Below, in pieces: positions 10,626 to 21,380 of a DNA stretch of 64,000 bases (the first letter of the stretch is position 1; every line of letters begins with the position of its first letter). Below the pieces are notes generated by a model. The model was given only the letters and a program-made list of their open reading frames with translations. It did no database searches and was not told where the DNA came from. A program made the position numbers and the translations under genes. Source of the DNA: an uncultured Bacteroidales bacterium (GTDB lineage Bacteria > Bacteroidota > Bacteroidia > Bacteroidales > CAYVNP01); contig CAYVNP010000002.1 in NCBI GenBank assembly GCA_964452905.1, positions 53,357-117,356 of the forward strand. The letters are read 5' to 3'.

Positions 10626-11216
10626 TTGAAAAATTTTCGCTTCGCACAACGCTCCGGAATTATTGTACTTGCGTGCTTTCTTCTCATTTGCTGTGATGAG
10701 AATTATTACCCAAAACAAAAAGGGTATTTCAGAATACAACTCCCTGTTAAAAAATATATTCATTTAGACTCAATATACCCTTTTATTATTGATTATCCGG
10801 CCTATTCGAGAATCATTGCTGACACATCAAACAACAAAGAGAAATACTGGATCAATATTGAATTCCCCCAATTCAAAGGTCGGATATATATCAGTTATAA
10901 GCATATACAAAATAACCTTTCGCAATATCTTGAAGATAGCAGGAACCTCGTTAATAAACATATTCCAAAAGCCAGTCAAATCGAAAGCACTTCTTATGTC
11001 AATGATGCTGAACGGGTATATGGACTGATTTACGATATCAAAGGAATTGGCGCTGCTTCGCCATTTCAGTTCTATGTAACCGATAGTACCACTCATTTTG
11101 TAAGAGGATCTCTTTATTTTGATGTAGCCCCCAACAATGATTCTCTTCAGCCCGTGATTGATTTTATAAAAAAAGACATCATACACATGATCAATACATT
11201 TAAATGGAAAAAATAA
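10626..11216 (+). CDS. gldD: Gliding-motility lipoprotein GldD-like
   Basis: 196 aa with an apparent TTG start and a lipoprotein-like N-terminus ...LACFLLICC. The PKQKGYFRIQLP block and the size match my memory of GldD. Confidence 0.65.
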   Translation: MKNFRFAQRSGIIVLACFLLICCDENYYPKQKGYFRIQLPVKKYIHLDSIYPFIIDYPAYSRIIADTSNNKEKYWINIEFPQFKGRIYISYKHIQNNLSQYLEDSRNLVNKHIPKASQIESTSYVNDAERVYGLIYDIKGIGAASPFQFYVTDSTTHFVRGSLYFDVAPNNDSLQPVIDFIKKDIIHMINTFKWKK

Positions 11217-11986
11217 AACATAAGGAATTATCTGCATTTGAACATTTGCTTGTAATAATGGACGAACTCCGCGCTAAGTGTCCATGGGATAAAGAACAAA
11301 CCATTGACAGTCTCCGCCATTTAACTATTGAAGAGACGTATGAACTATCAGATGCAATACTTAAAAATAATATTGATGAAATAAAAAAAGAACTCGGTGA
11401 TTTATTATTACATATCGTTTTTTATGCAAAAGTAGCTTCTGAATCCAATCATTTTTCAATTACAGAAGTAATAACCTCTTTGAATGAAAAACTGATCCGT
11501 CGTCATCCGCATGTATTCGGAAATGTAAAAGCAAATACCGCCGAAGAAGTTAAAGATAATTGGGAAAATATAAAATTACAGGTTGAAAAAAAAACCACGT
11601 TGGGGGGTGTTCCTGATTCTTTACCCGCATTGATTAAAGCTCACCGAATACAGGAAAAAGCCCGTGGAGTCGGATTTGATTGGGAAGAACCACATCAGGT
11701 GCTTGACAAAGTGATGGAAGAACTGAATGAATTAAAAAAAGAAGTGGATGAGAATGCTGATCATTCAAGAATTGAAGATGAGTTCGGAGATCTGTTGTTT
11801 GCCCTGATCAATTATGCTCGGTTCATTCATGTCAATCCTGAAGATGCATTATCCAAAACAAATTTAAAATTTATTCGTCGTTTTAATTATCTTGAAGAAC
11901 AGGCAGCAAAATCTGGGAAAATGCTTAAAGATATGACTCTTGCTGAAATGGATGTTTTTTGGAATGAAGCAAAAAGTTTTGAATGA
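11204..11986 (+). CDS. mazG: Nucleoside triphosphate pyrophosphohydrolase MazG
   Basis: Two MazG EExxE/D blocks (LTIEETYELSDAI and EDEFGDLLFALINYARF) and KCPWDKEQT near the N-terminus. Confidence 0.9.
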   Translation: MEKIKHKELSAFEHLLVIMDELRAKCPWDKEQTIDSLRHLTIEETYELSDAILKNNIDEIKKELGDLLLHIVFYAKVASESNHFSITEVITSLNEKLIRRHPHVFGNVKANTAEEVKDNWENIKLQVEKKTTLGGVPDSLPALIKAHRIQEKARGVGFDWEEPHQVLDKVMEELNELKKEVDENADHSRIEDEFGDLLFALINYARFIHVNPEDALSKTNLKFIRRFNYLEEQAAKSGKMLKDMTLAEMDVFWNEAKSFE

Positions 11987-12003
11987 ACTTTATAAAATTC
12001 CTG

Positions 12004-13476
12004 TTATCTCGAATGACTTTCATCCGCTAAATCCTCGTCGTCAATTGTTATTCGTGGAGAGATGTGATTGATTAGATTTAGTAAGGGCCCTGTCATAAAT
12101 GTAGTAGCTAAAGCCATTAGAATCATAATAGCAAAAATCTCGGGAGAAAGAATCCCAAGGTCATACCCTATATTCAAAACGACGAGTTCCATCAATCCGC
12201 GCGTATTCATCAAGACTCCAAGCGATAGAGCATCTCGCCAGGATTGTCCAACAAATCGGGCACTTAAAGAACTCCCAATAAGTTTTCCGGAAACTGCAAC
12301 TAAAAAAACAATTCCACACGTAATCCACAAATGTCTTTCATTCAATAACCCTATTTGTGTTCGTAATCCGGTAAAAGCAAAAAAAATTGGTAATAAAATC
12401 ATCACACTTAAATCTTCAATTTTTACAGAAAGATTCTTTTTAAAATTAACATTTTGCGGCATGATAACTCCCGCAATAAATGCACCAAAAAGTGCATGAA
12501 TACCTATCAATTCGGCGATATAGGCAGATAATAGAAGAACAATAAAAGAAATGGCAACTATCGATTTTTTTAATACTGAACCATTAACATGTTTAGAACT
12601 TATTTTATACATCCAGGGTCGTATAACATAAAACATAAACACCACAAAGACAATAGCTAATCCGATTGTAAACAATGCACTGGTAATATTCCCTGCTTTT
12701 ACAATAGCAATAACAGCTGCAAGAATACACCATGCTGTAATATCATCAGCTGCAGCACACGTAATAGCAAGTGTCCCCAATGTGGTTCGCGTCAATCCTT
12801 TTTCCTGAATAATCCGCGCTAATACAGGAAATGCTGTGATGCTCATTGAAATACCAATAAATAAAGCAAATGACAAAAAATTAACATTTTCCGGTGCAAA
12901 AGTTGAATATAAATAGTATGCTAGCAATACACCTAAAAAATATGGAAATAATATACTGACATGACTAATAATAACCGCCTCACGTGTTTTCTTTTTAATT
13001 TTACTAATATCCAATTCCATCCCAATGCTGAACATAAAAAAAGTCAGACCAATCTGACTTAAATATTGTAAACTACGTAAAGAATCTTTAGGAAAAAGAA
13101 ATTCGAAAAACGTAGGAGAAACCAATCCTAAAATAGAAGGTCCAAGCAAAATCCCTGCAACGATCTCCCCTATCACCATGGGTTGACCAATTCTAGTAAA
13201 CATAACTCCGAATAAACGGGAAACCAATAAAATCATGATGACCTGTAAAAGCAATAAGCTCAAAGGATTTTTAATATTATGTAAAAACTGATCTGCTACA
13301 CTTTCATTTGAATTAATTTTAAAAGGAACAGATTTATCAATGTATTTGTTATTTAATGATACACCCTGATTAGCTATACTTTTTGCGGGTTTGAGTTGCT
13401 GTCCTTTTTCAATTACATACCACATTAAACCGATAAAAAGGACAGTTAAAATCAAATAAAAGTATATATTTTTCAT
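12004..13476 (-). CDS. Cation:proton antiporter (CPA2/Kef-like)
   Basis: 490 aa and polytopic (about 12 TM), with Na+/H+ exchanger-family blocks (GEIVAGILLGPSILG, ...AADDITAW...). Confidence 0.85.
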   Translation of the reverse strand: MKNIYFYLILTVLFIGLMWYVIEKGQQLKPAKSIANQGVSLNNKYIDKSVPFKINSNESVADQFLHNIKNPLSLLLLQVIMILLVSRLFGVMFTRIGQPMVIGEIVAGILLGPSILGLVSPTFFEFLFPKDSLRSLQYLSQIGLTFFMFSIGMELDISKIKKKTREAVIISHVSILFPYFLGVLLAYYLYSTFAPENVNFLSFALFIGISMSITAFPVLARIIQEKGLTRTTLGTLAITCAAADDITAWCILAAVIAIVKAGNITSALFTIGLAIVFVVFMFYVIRPWMYKISSKHVNGSVLKKSIVAISFIVLLLSAYIAELIGIHALFGAFIAGVIMPQNVNFKKNLSVKIEDLSVMILLPIFFAFTGLRTQIGLLNERHLWITCGIVFLVAVSGKLIGSSLSARFVGQSWRDALSLGVLMNTRGLMELVVLNIGYDLGILSPEIFAIMILMALATTFMTGPLLNLINHISPRITIDDEDLADESHSR

Positions 13477-13709
13477 CTATGCAGAGTGAAATTATCGGTA
13501 TACAAACTTATTAAAAATTTTAAATGTATACGTTGAAAAATATAAAAAGTTACCAAACTGACCCAAAAACATGCAAAAATACTAAATATAAAATACCTCT
13601 TTTAATGATTTATCTTAAATTTATATTATTTTTTTGACATGATACATTTGATTTATTATATTTGTGATTCAACTATTAATTTATAATTAAAAATTAAACA
13701 TATACAATT

Positions 13710-14144
13710 ATGATTACTGTAAAACAAATTTTAGATCAGAAAGGGAGTCAAACTTTTTCAGTTTCTCCACAGACAAGTGTGAAATCTGCATTAAAAATAA
13801 TGTCTGATAAAAATTGCGGCGCTTTATTGGTATTGGAAAATGATAAACCTACCGGTATTTTTTCAGAAAGAGATTTTGCCCGAAAAAGTGTTACTTTTGG
13901 TGACGCTGCTTTGAGCAAATCAGTAAAAGATTTTATGTCAACAACTATTTTTGTAATAAGCTCGGAACAAACGATACATGAATGTATGGCATTAATGACT
14001 GAAAAACATATTCGTCACTTACCAGTCATGGAAAACGATGAACTTATCGGAGTTTTATCTATCGGTGATATCGTAAACGGAGTTATCAATGATCAAAACA
14101 TTACCATCCAAAATCTCGAAAACTACATTTACGGTAATTCGTAA
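13710..14144 (+). CDS. CBS-domain pair protein
   Basis: 144 aa with two CBS repeats (GALLVLENDKPTGIFSERD and HLPVMENDELIGVLSIGD). Confidence 0.85.
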   Translation: MITVKQILDQKGSQTFSVSPQTSVKSALKIMSDKNCGALLVLENDKPTGIFSERDFARKSVTFGDAALSKSVKDFMSTTIFVISSEQTIHECMALMTEKHIRHLPVMENDELIGVLSIGDIVNGVINDQNITIQNLENYIYGNS

Positions 14145-14152
14145 TCAGTAAC

Positions 14153-14205
14153 AACCTGTTGTATTAGATTTATCCTTCCATCCAAATTAATACAACAGGT
14201 TTTTC
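14153..14205 (+). terminator. Hairpin terminator after the CBS gene
   Basis: 14-bp perfect stem AACCTGTTGTATTA (14153-14166) / TAATACAACAGGTT (14188-14201) followed by TTT. The loop is long, about 21 nt. Confidence 0.55.
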
Positions 14206-14335
14206 AATCCTTTCTAAATATTTCTATTCATTTCCTTTTTAAATCAAGTACATTCTTTTCATTTCTTAAAAATATATGTAAGTTTGTAGACTTTAATATT
14301 TTATTATCTTTTCAACATATATTAATTTTATATCT

Positions 14336-16570
14336 ATGAATAAAGCCATAAAAAAAATTATTCAGTTATGTTTATACATAACCCCTTTTGTTGTTTTTAG
14401 CCAAAAAATTGATTTGGGTTCAAATTGGAAATTCAAAACAGGTGATAATATTCAATGGGCTATCCCCGGATTTGATGATTCAAGCTGGAAAAATATTCAG
14501 ACAGGAAAAATCTGGGAATTGACGGGATACGATAATTATGACGGCTATGCATGGTATAGAACGAAATTTACTATCCCAAAATCAATCCTGAAAAATGCTT
14601 TTTTAAAAGAAAATGTAAAAATAGAATTAGGAAAAATTGATGATTGCGATCAGGTATTCTTAAATGGAGTTATGATAGGACAGAATGCCGGAATTATCAG
14701 CCCTCTATTTGAATTAGCTGACTCATGGAATGTGGAAAGAACATACATTATTCCTGTTAACCATCCTGCATTGTTATGGGATAAAGAAAATATAATTGCA
14801 ATAAGAGTTTGGGACAGAGGTGGTGGCGGTGGATTATATAGCGGGAAACAAACTGTTAGTATGTGTGATATCACTGATTATATACATTTCGACAAAGAAC
14901 ATTTTGAATTTGGTTTTAAACAAGAAAATAAAATTGAAAATAAATTCAAAATTGACAACACATCACCTCAGTTTGTCTTTAAAGGCACACTTAATATAAA
15001 AGTGATGAATTATTATATGCCAAAATCAATTCTTACTAAAAATATTGATGTTATTATTGAACCAAATAAATCTTTTAATTCAACAATAACCTTTGATCAT
15101 TTAGAAGGAACATATGTTATTTACTCATTAACTTCAACCAACAATAAGTATTTCTCTCTACAACAAACACTTGAAGTTCCTTTTATTCTTACTCCATCAG
15201 TTGGTCAAACTCCTCGTATTAATGGTGCGAAAATTTTTGGTGTTCGCCCCGGTTCTCCATTTCTATTTACAATTGCAGCGACAGGTGAACGACCTTTAAT
15301 TTTTTCAACCTCAAATCTACCTGAAGGATTACACCTTGATAAAAATACCGGACTAATAACAGGGAAATTATCATCAGAAGGTGATTACATTGTTAAGATT
15401 ACTGCAGAAAACAAATTTGGTAAAACGACTCGTGAATTAAAAATTGTTTGTGGAAATAAAATTGCGCTCACACCGCCTATGGGATGGAACAGCTGGAATT
15501 GCTGGGGATTAAGTGTCAGTAAAGATCGAATCATTCAATCAGCCAATGCCATGAAATCTTCAGGATTGATCAATCATGGTTGGACATATATTAATATTGA
15601 TGATGGATGGGAATTAGTTCACAAAGAAAATAAAATGACCACCAATGAAAAATTTCCGGACATGAAAGGTCTTACTGATTATGTTCACTCACTGGGTCTG
15701 AAAATGGGTATTTATTCCTCTCCCGGCCCAAAGACCTGTGGTGGTTATGAAGGAAGTTTTATGTATGAATTTGCTGATGCGCAAACGTTTGATGAATGGG
15801 GAATTGATTATTTAAAATACGATTGGTGTTCGTATGGCAGATTATTCAAGAATCCTACACTGGAAGAAATGAAAGAACCTTATCGTGTGATGCAGAAAGC
15901 TCTATCATTGACCAAACGTGATATAGTTTATAGTCTTTGTCAATATGGAATGGGCGATGTTTGGAAATGGGGAAATGAAGTGAATGGTAATTTATGGCGT
16001 ACTACGGGTGATATTGAAGACACATGGGAAAGCATGTCCGGTATTGGTTTCAACCAAAATAAATGTGCTCCATATTCCAAACAGGGTGGTTGGAATGATC
16101 CTGATATGCTTGTTGTCGGTAAGGTTGGCTGGGGACCCAGTCTGCATAAAACAAGATTAACAGTGAATGAACAGTATACCCATATCAGTCTGTGGGCTTT
16201 ACTCTCAGCTCCTCTCTTGATTGGTTGTGATATGGAACAATTGGATGAATTCACAATTAATTTATTATCAAATGATGAAGTAATAGATATAAACCAAGAC
16301 CCATTAGCAAAACCTGCAGTTCAATTAATTAAAACAGATGATTATGAAATCTGGACCAAAGAACTTGAAAATGGTGAAATAGCTGTTGGATTATTTAATA
16401 AATCTTTACTTGTTAAAAAAATTTCACTAAACTGGTCAGACTTAAAAATTAATGGAAAATATACAATCCGAAATGTATGGAAACAAATGGATATGGGATA
16501 TTCCGATAAAAATTTCGAAACTCAAGTTTTACCTCATGGAGTAGTTCTTGTGAAGATTCTCAAAAATTAA
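14336..16570 (+). CDS. Secreted alpha-galactosidase (GH27) with N-terminal galactose-binding-like and Ig-like domains
   Basis: GH27 blocks PPMGWNSWNCWG, INIDDGW and DYLKYDWC. An upstream putative Ig domain carries LPEGLHLDKNTGLITGK. A signal peptide is present. Confidence 0.85.
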   Translation: MNKAIKKIIQLCLYITPFVVFSQKIDLGSNWKFKTGDNIQWAIPGFDDSSWKNIQTGKIWELTGYDNYDGYAWYRTKFTIPKSILKNAFLKENVKIELGKIDDCDQVFLNGVMIGQNAGIISPLFELADSWNVERTYIIPVNHPALLWDKENIIAIRVWDRGGGGGLYSGKQTVSMCDITDYIHFDKEHFEFGFKQENKIENKFKIDNTSPQFVFKGTLNIKVMNYYMPKSILTKNIDVIIEPNKSFNSTITFDHLEGTYVIYSLTSTNNKYFSLQQTLEVPFILTPSVGQTPRINGAKIFGVRPGSPFLFTIAATGERPLIFSTSNLPEGLHLDKNTGLITGKLSSEGDYIVKITAENKFGKTTRELKIVCGNKIALTPPMGWNSWNCWGLSVSKDRIIQSANAMKSSGLINHGWTYINIDDGWELVHKENKMTTNEKFPDMKGLTDYVHSLGLKMGIYSSPGPKTCGGYEGSFMYEFADAQTFDEWGIDYLKYDWCSYGRLFKNPTLEEMKEPYRVMQKALSLTKRDIVYSLCQYGMGDVWKWGNEVNGNLWRTTGDIEDTWESMSGIGFNQNKCAPYSKQGGWNDPDMLVVGKVGWGPSLHKTRLTVNEQYTHISLWALLSAPLLIGCDMEQLDEFTINLLSNDEVIDINQDPLAKPAVQLIKTDDYEIWTKELENGEIAVGLFNKSLLVKKISLNWSDLKINGKYTIRNVWKQMDMGYSDKNFETQVLPHGVVLVKILKN

Positions 16571-16602
16571 AAATAAGATTTTTCCATTTAAAAATATTTT
16601 GA

Positions 16603-18285
16603 ATGAGGTTTAGAAGCTATTTCATTTCTAAAATTGACACCTCTGATAAATTAAGATTTACCGTTCAACTGATTTGCTTATTAATCTTTTTTATCACATT
16701 CATTTCTCCACAATTACTTTATCTGTCTTATAAAAACTATCAATTTCAGGATTACTTCATACAGATTATCCTTTCCCCTTGTACTTTGTACCTCCTTTTT
16801 TTTATTTTTCTTAGCCCTCGTTTTGCCTTAATCATTATTACGATTTTAATTTCTTTCTATCCCTTTGAATTGGTTCATCTTTATATGACTCAAAACTTAA
16901 TACATGAAGGAAGTTTAAATATTATGTTTTTTGAAACGGCAAACACAGAAGCAACTGAATATGTAAGATTATATATTCCGATGATCATATTCATCAGCAT
17001 ACTTTTCACTCTTTATGGTGCAGGTATTTTTTTAATACGACTACCATCATCTTTAACCAAAAAAACAAAAGGTGTTTTTGTTTTCATTATCCTGTTCTCC
17101 TTCTTATTACAGGAATTTGTTTACTTTCAAATTCATAAAAAAAATGAAACGCCTTACACATTTGGAAAAAATACAATCAACAGTTATTTTCATAACCCTC
17201 CAATCAATTTCTTGTTTGAACTTTATTTAACTTTAAAACATAAAAATATTTTTTTATCAAAGAATAAAAAAATAGCACCTGTATCTTTTCATGCAGTAAA
17301 AAAAGATCATCTCACAGAAAATGAAACCTATGTTCTGATTATTGGAGAATCTGCAAGGTATAAAAACTTCGGGTTCAATGGTTATTCCAGAAATACAACT
17401 CCATTACTTTCAAAAATGTCGGATTTAATCATATATAACGATTATTATTCAACTTGCAATACAACATGGAATTCCGTTCAAAGTATACTGACAGGAATAC
17501 CTTTAGAAAAATTTTCATATTCAATTGAGCAACCTTCCATATACTCTCTGTTTAAAGAAACAGGTTTTAGTACCATTTGGATTTCAAACCAAGGTCCACA
17601 ATTAATAAATTATAAAAATATTAAAAAAAATGTTGATCGTTTTTTTGAATTACCCTCCTCTGTGTACCTTGATAGTTCATTATTTCCACTCATCTCACAA
17701 ACACTAAAATCAAAAGCCAAGAAAAAATTCATTGTCATTCAGCTCAATGGAAATCATTATCTGTATCATAAAAGGCATCCCAAAGATTATGATATCTATA
17801 AGCCCAACATGAATGATATTTCAATCCGTGTAGCCGTTAAAAACAAACCTTTTTTTATCAACAGCTACGATAATTCTGTTGTCTATGAAGATTATATTTT
17901 AACAACCATCATCCATAAAATCCAACAACAAAACGACATTTCTTTTGTAATCTTTTGTTCGGATCATGCAGAAAGTTTGTTTGACGATGACAGAAATATT
18001 TTCGGACATGGTTATGTTTTACCTGTCAAAGAACAATTGCATACTCCTTTCTTTATTTGGACTTCAGAAAAATATAAGATTAATTATCCGGAAAAAGCAT
18101 TTGCACTCAAAAAGAATATTCATTCAAAAACCTCACATGAAAATTTATTTAATACGATCGCAGATATGACGAACATTCATTTTGACCAGTATGACAGTAT
18201 AAAAAGTTTTGCGTGCATTCACTACACACCTCCAAAATTAAGGAGAATGATAAATACTTCAGGTAAAATATTTAATATCCCTTAA
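16603..18285 (+). CDS. Phosphoethanolamine transferase (EptA/sulfatase-like membrane enzyme)
   Basis: N-terminal multi-TM region followed by a sulfatase-type domain with LIIGESARY and FCSDHAESL. Confidence 0.8.
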   Translation: MRFRSYFISKIDTSDKLRFTVQLICLLIFFITFISPQLLYLSYKNYQFQDYFIQIILSPCTLYLLFFIFLSPRFALIIITILISFYPFELVHLYMTQNLIHEGSLNIMFFETANTEATEYVRLYIPMIIFISILFTLYGAGIFLIRLPSSLTKKTKGVFVFIILFSFLLQEFVYFQIHKKNETPYTFGKNTINSYFHNPPINFLFELYLTLKHKNIFLSKNKKIAPVSFHAVKKDHLTENETYVLIIGESARYKNFGFNGYSRNTTPLLSKMSDLIIYNDYYSTCNTTWNSVQSILTGIPLEKFSYSIEQPSIYSLFKETGFSTIWISNQGPQLINYKNIKKNVDRFFELPSSVYLDSSLFPLISQTLKSKAKKKFIVIQLNGNHYLYHKRHPKDYDIYKPNMNDISIRVAVKNKPFFINSYDNSVVYEDYILTTIIHKIQQQNDISFVIFCSDHAESLFDDDRNIFGHGYVLPVKEQLHTPFFIWTSEKYKINYPEKAFALKKNIHSKTSHENLFNTIADMTNIHFDQYDSIKSFACIHYTPPKLRRMINTSGKIFNIP

Positions 18286-18526
18286 AACCTTCTTTATTCA
18301 GAATGTTATGGATTTAAAATGCAATGGAATAATTTTTGAAGGATAAATAGTCTTCTTGAATGAAATTTAGAAAAATTCTCGAACTCTCTTTAAAATCAAC
18401 TGTTTTGAAATTTAATCTATTTTTACAATATTTAAACAATATAAAATTCTGTCATATTGACACGAAAATTACATTAAAGAATCAAAATGTTTTTTATTAA
18501 AATCATTTTGACAAAAAACACGAATT

Positions 18527-20947
18527 ATGGAAAATACAAAAAATGATATACAAATACTACTTTCTAACATGATGGATGGTGAAGCCGAATTTATTCCTTT
18601 GCTTAGTCTTGATGATGAAAAAAAAATTGAGCAGGAAGAAATTCCTGAAATACTACCAATACTCCCTTTGCGAAATACAGTTTTGTTTCCTGGTGTTGTT
18701 ATTCCTATTACTGTTGGACGAGATAAATCCATTAAGTTAGTGAAAGACGCTTATTCCGAAAAAAAATTCATTGGCGTTACATCCCAGAAAGACACAGAAA
18801 TTGAGGATCCCAAATCTGAAGACCTGAATCCAATCGGAACAGTTGCATATATTATTAAAATATTACAGATGCCTGATGGTAGTACGACGGTTATCATTCA
18901 AGGGAGAAGACGGTTTGAGATCAAACAGATTGTTGAAATAGAACCCTATTTTAAAGCACAGGTCGTTGCCTTTTCAGAAAAAGAAATTATTCCAAAAGAT
19001 AAAAAATTTGAAGCACTGATTGATTCCATCAAAGATCTGGCTTTGCATATTATCAAAGAATCTCCCAACATCCCTTCAGAAGCCGGTTTTGCAATCAAAA
19101 ATATTGAAAGCCCCGGTTTTCTGATAAATTTCACTTCATCCAATTTGAATATTTCTGTTGGAGAAAAACAAAAATTATTGCAAATATCCGACCTACGTGA
19201 AAGAGCTAATGAAGTGTTAACTTATCTCACCAAAGAATTACAAATGCTGGAACTTAAAAATCAGATCCAGAGAAAAGTTAAAACGGATATTGATAAACAA
19301 CAGAGAGATTATATGCTTGGTATGCAACTCAAAACTATTCAGCAAGAACTGGGTGGTAATCCAAGTGAGCAGGAAATCAATGAACTGAAAGAAAAAGCAA
19401 AAAACAAAAAATGGTCAAAAGAAATTGCGGAAATTTTTGACAAAGAAATGATCAAACTTAACCGGATGAATCCTGCTGCAGCCGAGTATTCCGTTCAAAT
19501 GAATTATCTGGACACTCTGGTTGAACTCCCTTGGAATGAATATACCAAAGATAATTTTGATTTAAAAAGAGCACAAAAAATTCTTGACCGAGATCATTTC
19601 GGATTGGAAAAAATAAAAGAACGTATTATTGAATACCTTGCTGTTCTTAAGCTTAAAGGGGATATGAAATCACCAATCCTTTGTTTGGTTGGTCCTCCGG
19701 GGGTTGGAAAAACATCTTTGGGCAAATCTATTGCCGAATCTTTAAAAAGAAAATATGTTCGCATCTCATTAGGTGGACTTCGTGATGAAGCTGAGATCAG
19801 AGGACATAGAAAAACATATATTGGTGCGATGCCCGGACGAATTATTCAAAATATTAAAAAAGCAAAATCGTCAAATCCTGTTTTCATCCTTGATGAAATT
19901 GATAAAGTGAGTGGGAACACATTTCAGGGGGATCCTGCCGCAGCATTGCTTGAAGTACTAGACCCTGAACAAAACATTGCTTTTTATGATAATTTTCTTG
20001 AGATTGATTATGATCTATCTAAAATCATGTTTATTGCAACAGCAAATTCAATGAGTTCTATTCATCCGGCTTTGATTGACCGTATGGAGATTGTTGATAT
20101 CAGCGGCTATCTGCTTGAGGAAAAAATTGAAATTGCAAAAAAACATCTTATCCCAAAACAATTAAATCAACACGGCGTAAACCAGAAACAAGTTACCATA
20201 GGTGTTGATATACTTAAAAATCTGATTGAGGAATACACTCGCGAATCAGGTGTTCGACAGTTAGAGAAAGGGATAGCCAAAGTGATTCGAAACAGAGCAA
20301 GATATATTGCTGCAAAAGAAAAATACAACACAACGGTTTCGGATCATGATCTTTTAAAAATAATGGGACCTCCCGTCTTTCAACGTGAAAAAAACATCAA
20401 TCATCAGGTCCCCGGCGTTGTTACCGGACTGGCATGGACTTCTGTTGGTGGTGAAATACTTTTCATTGAAGTAAGTTTAAGCAAAGGAAAAGGAAATCTC
20501 ACGCTAACTGGTAATCTGGGAGATGTCATGAAAGAGTCTGCTACATTGGCATTAGAATATCTTAAATCACATGCAACCGATTTTACATTAAAACAAGATA
20601 TATTTGACAAATACAATGTACATCTGCATGTGCCTGAAGGAGCTACCCCAAAAGATGGACCATCAGCTGGAATTACTATGTTTTCTGCTTTAACATCTGC
20701 TTTTACTCAACGCAAATCTAAAAGCAATATAGCTATGACAGGTGAGATTACCTTGCGTGGGAAAGTGTTACCTGTTGGAGGAATCAAAGAAAAAATTCTT
20801 GCAGCAAAACGTGCAAATATTTCAGACATTATCCTTTGTCAGGAAAACAAAAAGGATGTAGATGATATCAAACCTCTTTACCTTGAAGGGTTAAAATTTC
20901 ATTATGTTAAAGAAATGAAAGAAGTCATCAAACTTGCATTAAAATAA
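18527..20947 (+). CDS. lon: ATP-dependent Lon protease
   Basis: LON N-domain, Walker [10 protein letters not shown], and protease active-site block [11 protein letters not shown]...K. Confidence 0.95.
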   Translation: MENTKNDIQILLSNMMDGEAEFIPLLSLDDEKKIEQEEIPEILPILPLRNTVLFPGVVIPITVGRDKSIKLVKDAYSEKKFIGVTSQKDTEIEDPKSEDLNPIGTVAYIIKILQMPDGSTTVIIQGRRRFEIKQIVEIEPYFKAQVVAFSEKEIIPKDKKFEALIDSIKDLALHIIKESPNIPSEAGFAIKNIESPGFLINFTSSNLNISVGEKQKLLQISDLRERANEVLTYLTKELQMLELKNQIQRKVKTDIDKQQRDYMLGMQLKTIQQELGGNPSEQEINELKEKAKNKKWSKEIAEIFDKEMIKLNRMNPAAAEYSVQMNYLDTLVELPWNEYTKDNFDLKRAQKILDRDHFGLEKIKERIIEYLAVLKLKGDMKSPILCLVGPPGVGKTSLGKSIAESLKRKYVRISLGGLRDEAEIRGHRKTYIGAMPGRIIQNIKKAKSSNPVFILDEIDKVSGNTFQGDPAAALLEVLDPEQNIAFYDNFLEIDYDLSKIMFIATANSMSSIHPALIDRMEIVDISGYLLEEKIEIAKKHLIPKQLNQHGVNQKQVTIGVDILKNLIEEYTRESGVRQLEKGIAKVIRNRARYIAAKEKYNTTVSDHDLLKIMGPPVFQREKNINHQVPGVVTGLAWTSVGGEILFIEVSLSKGKGNLTLTGNLGDVMKESATLALEYLKSHATDFTLKQDIFDKYNVHLHVPEGATPKDGPSAGITMFSALTSAFTQRKSKSNIAMTGEITLRGKVLPVGGIKEKILAAKRANISDIILCQENKKDVDDIKPLYLEGLKFHYVKEMKEVIKLALK

Positions 20948-21078
20948 TCAAAGTCTATATATTTGTTTATAAATAATGCTTTGTCAAGGTAGATTTTGAT
21001 TTTTAAGAAAATAAATTTGTTAATAAAATTCAAATTTAAATTTTCCGACTATTCACGATTTAATTAATTTTGTCGCTG

Positions 21079-21254
21079 TTAATGGTAAATGGATTTCCAT
21101 TTTGAAATCAATTGAAAGGGAATCAGGTGAAAAACCTGAACAGTACCCGCTGCTGTAAGCTCTTTTACTTGGTGAACAATCTCAAGCCACTGCCCCGACT
21201 TAATGGGATGGGAAGGCGTTCATCACAGGAGTAAGTCAGAAGACCTGCCATAAA
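21079..21254 (+). promoter_or_regulatory. Cobalamin (B12) riboswitch
   Basis: Conserved core strings appear in the canonical order: AAAGGGAATCAGGTGAAAAACCTGA, CAGTACCCGCTGCTGTAAG, GCCACTG, GGGAAGGC, and the B12 box AGTCAGAAGACCTGCC. The element lies about 125 nt upstream of a TonB-dependent receptor gene. Confidence 0.85.
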
Positions 21255-21380
21255 ACATAATATTTGCTGCTTTCGGGGAAAAAAGCGAAAAAATAAATTA
21301 CATGAAATAATTTATTTTCAGTTAAAAATTTTCACCGTTTGTTGCAAATGATTTAAGTGTTATACTTTAAATTATTTGTA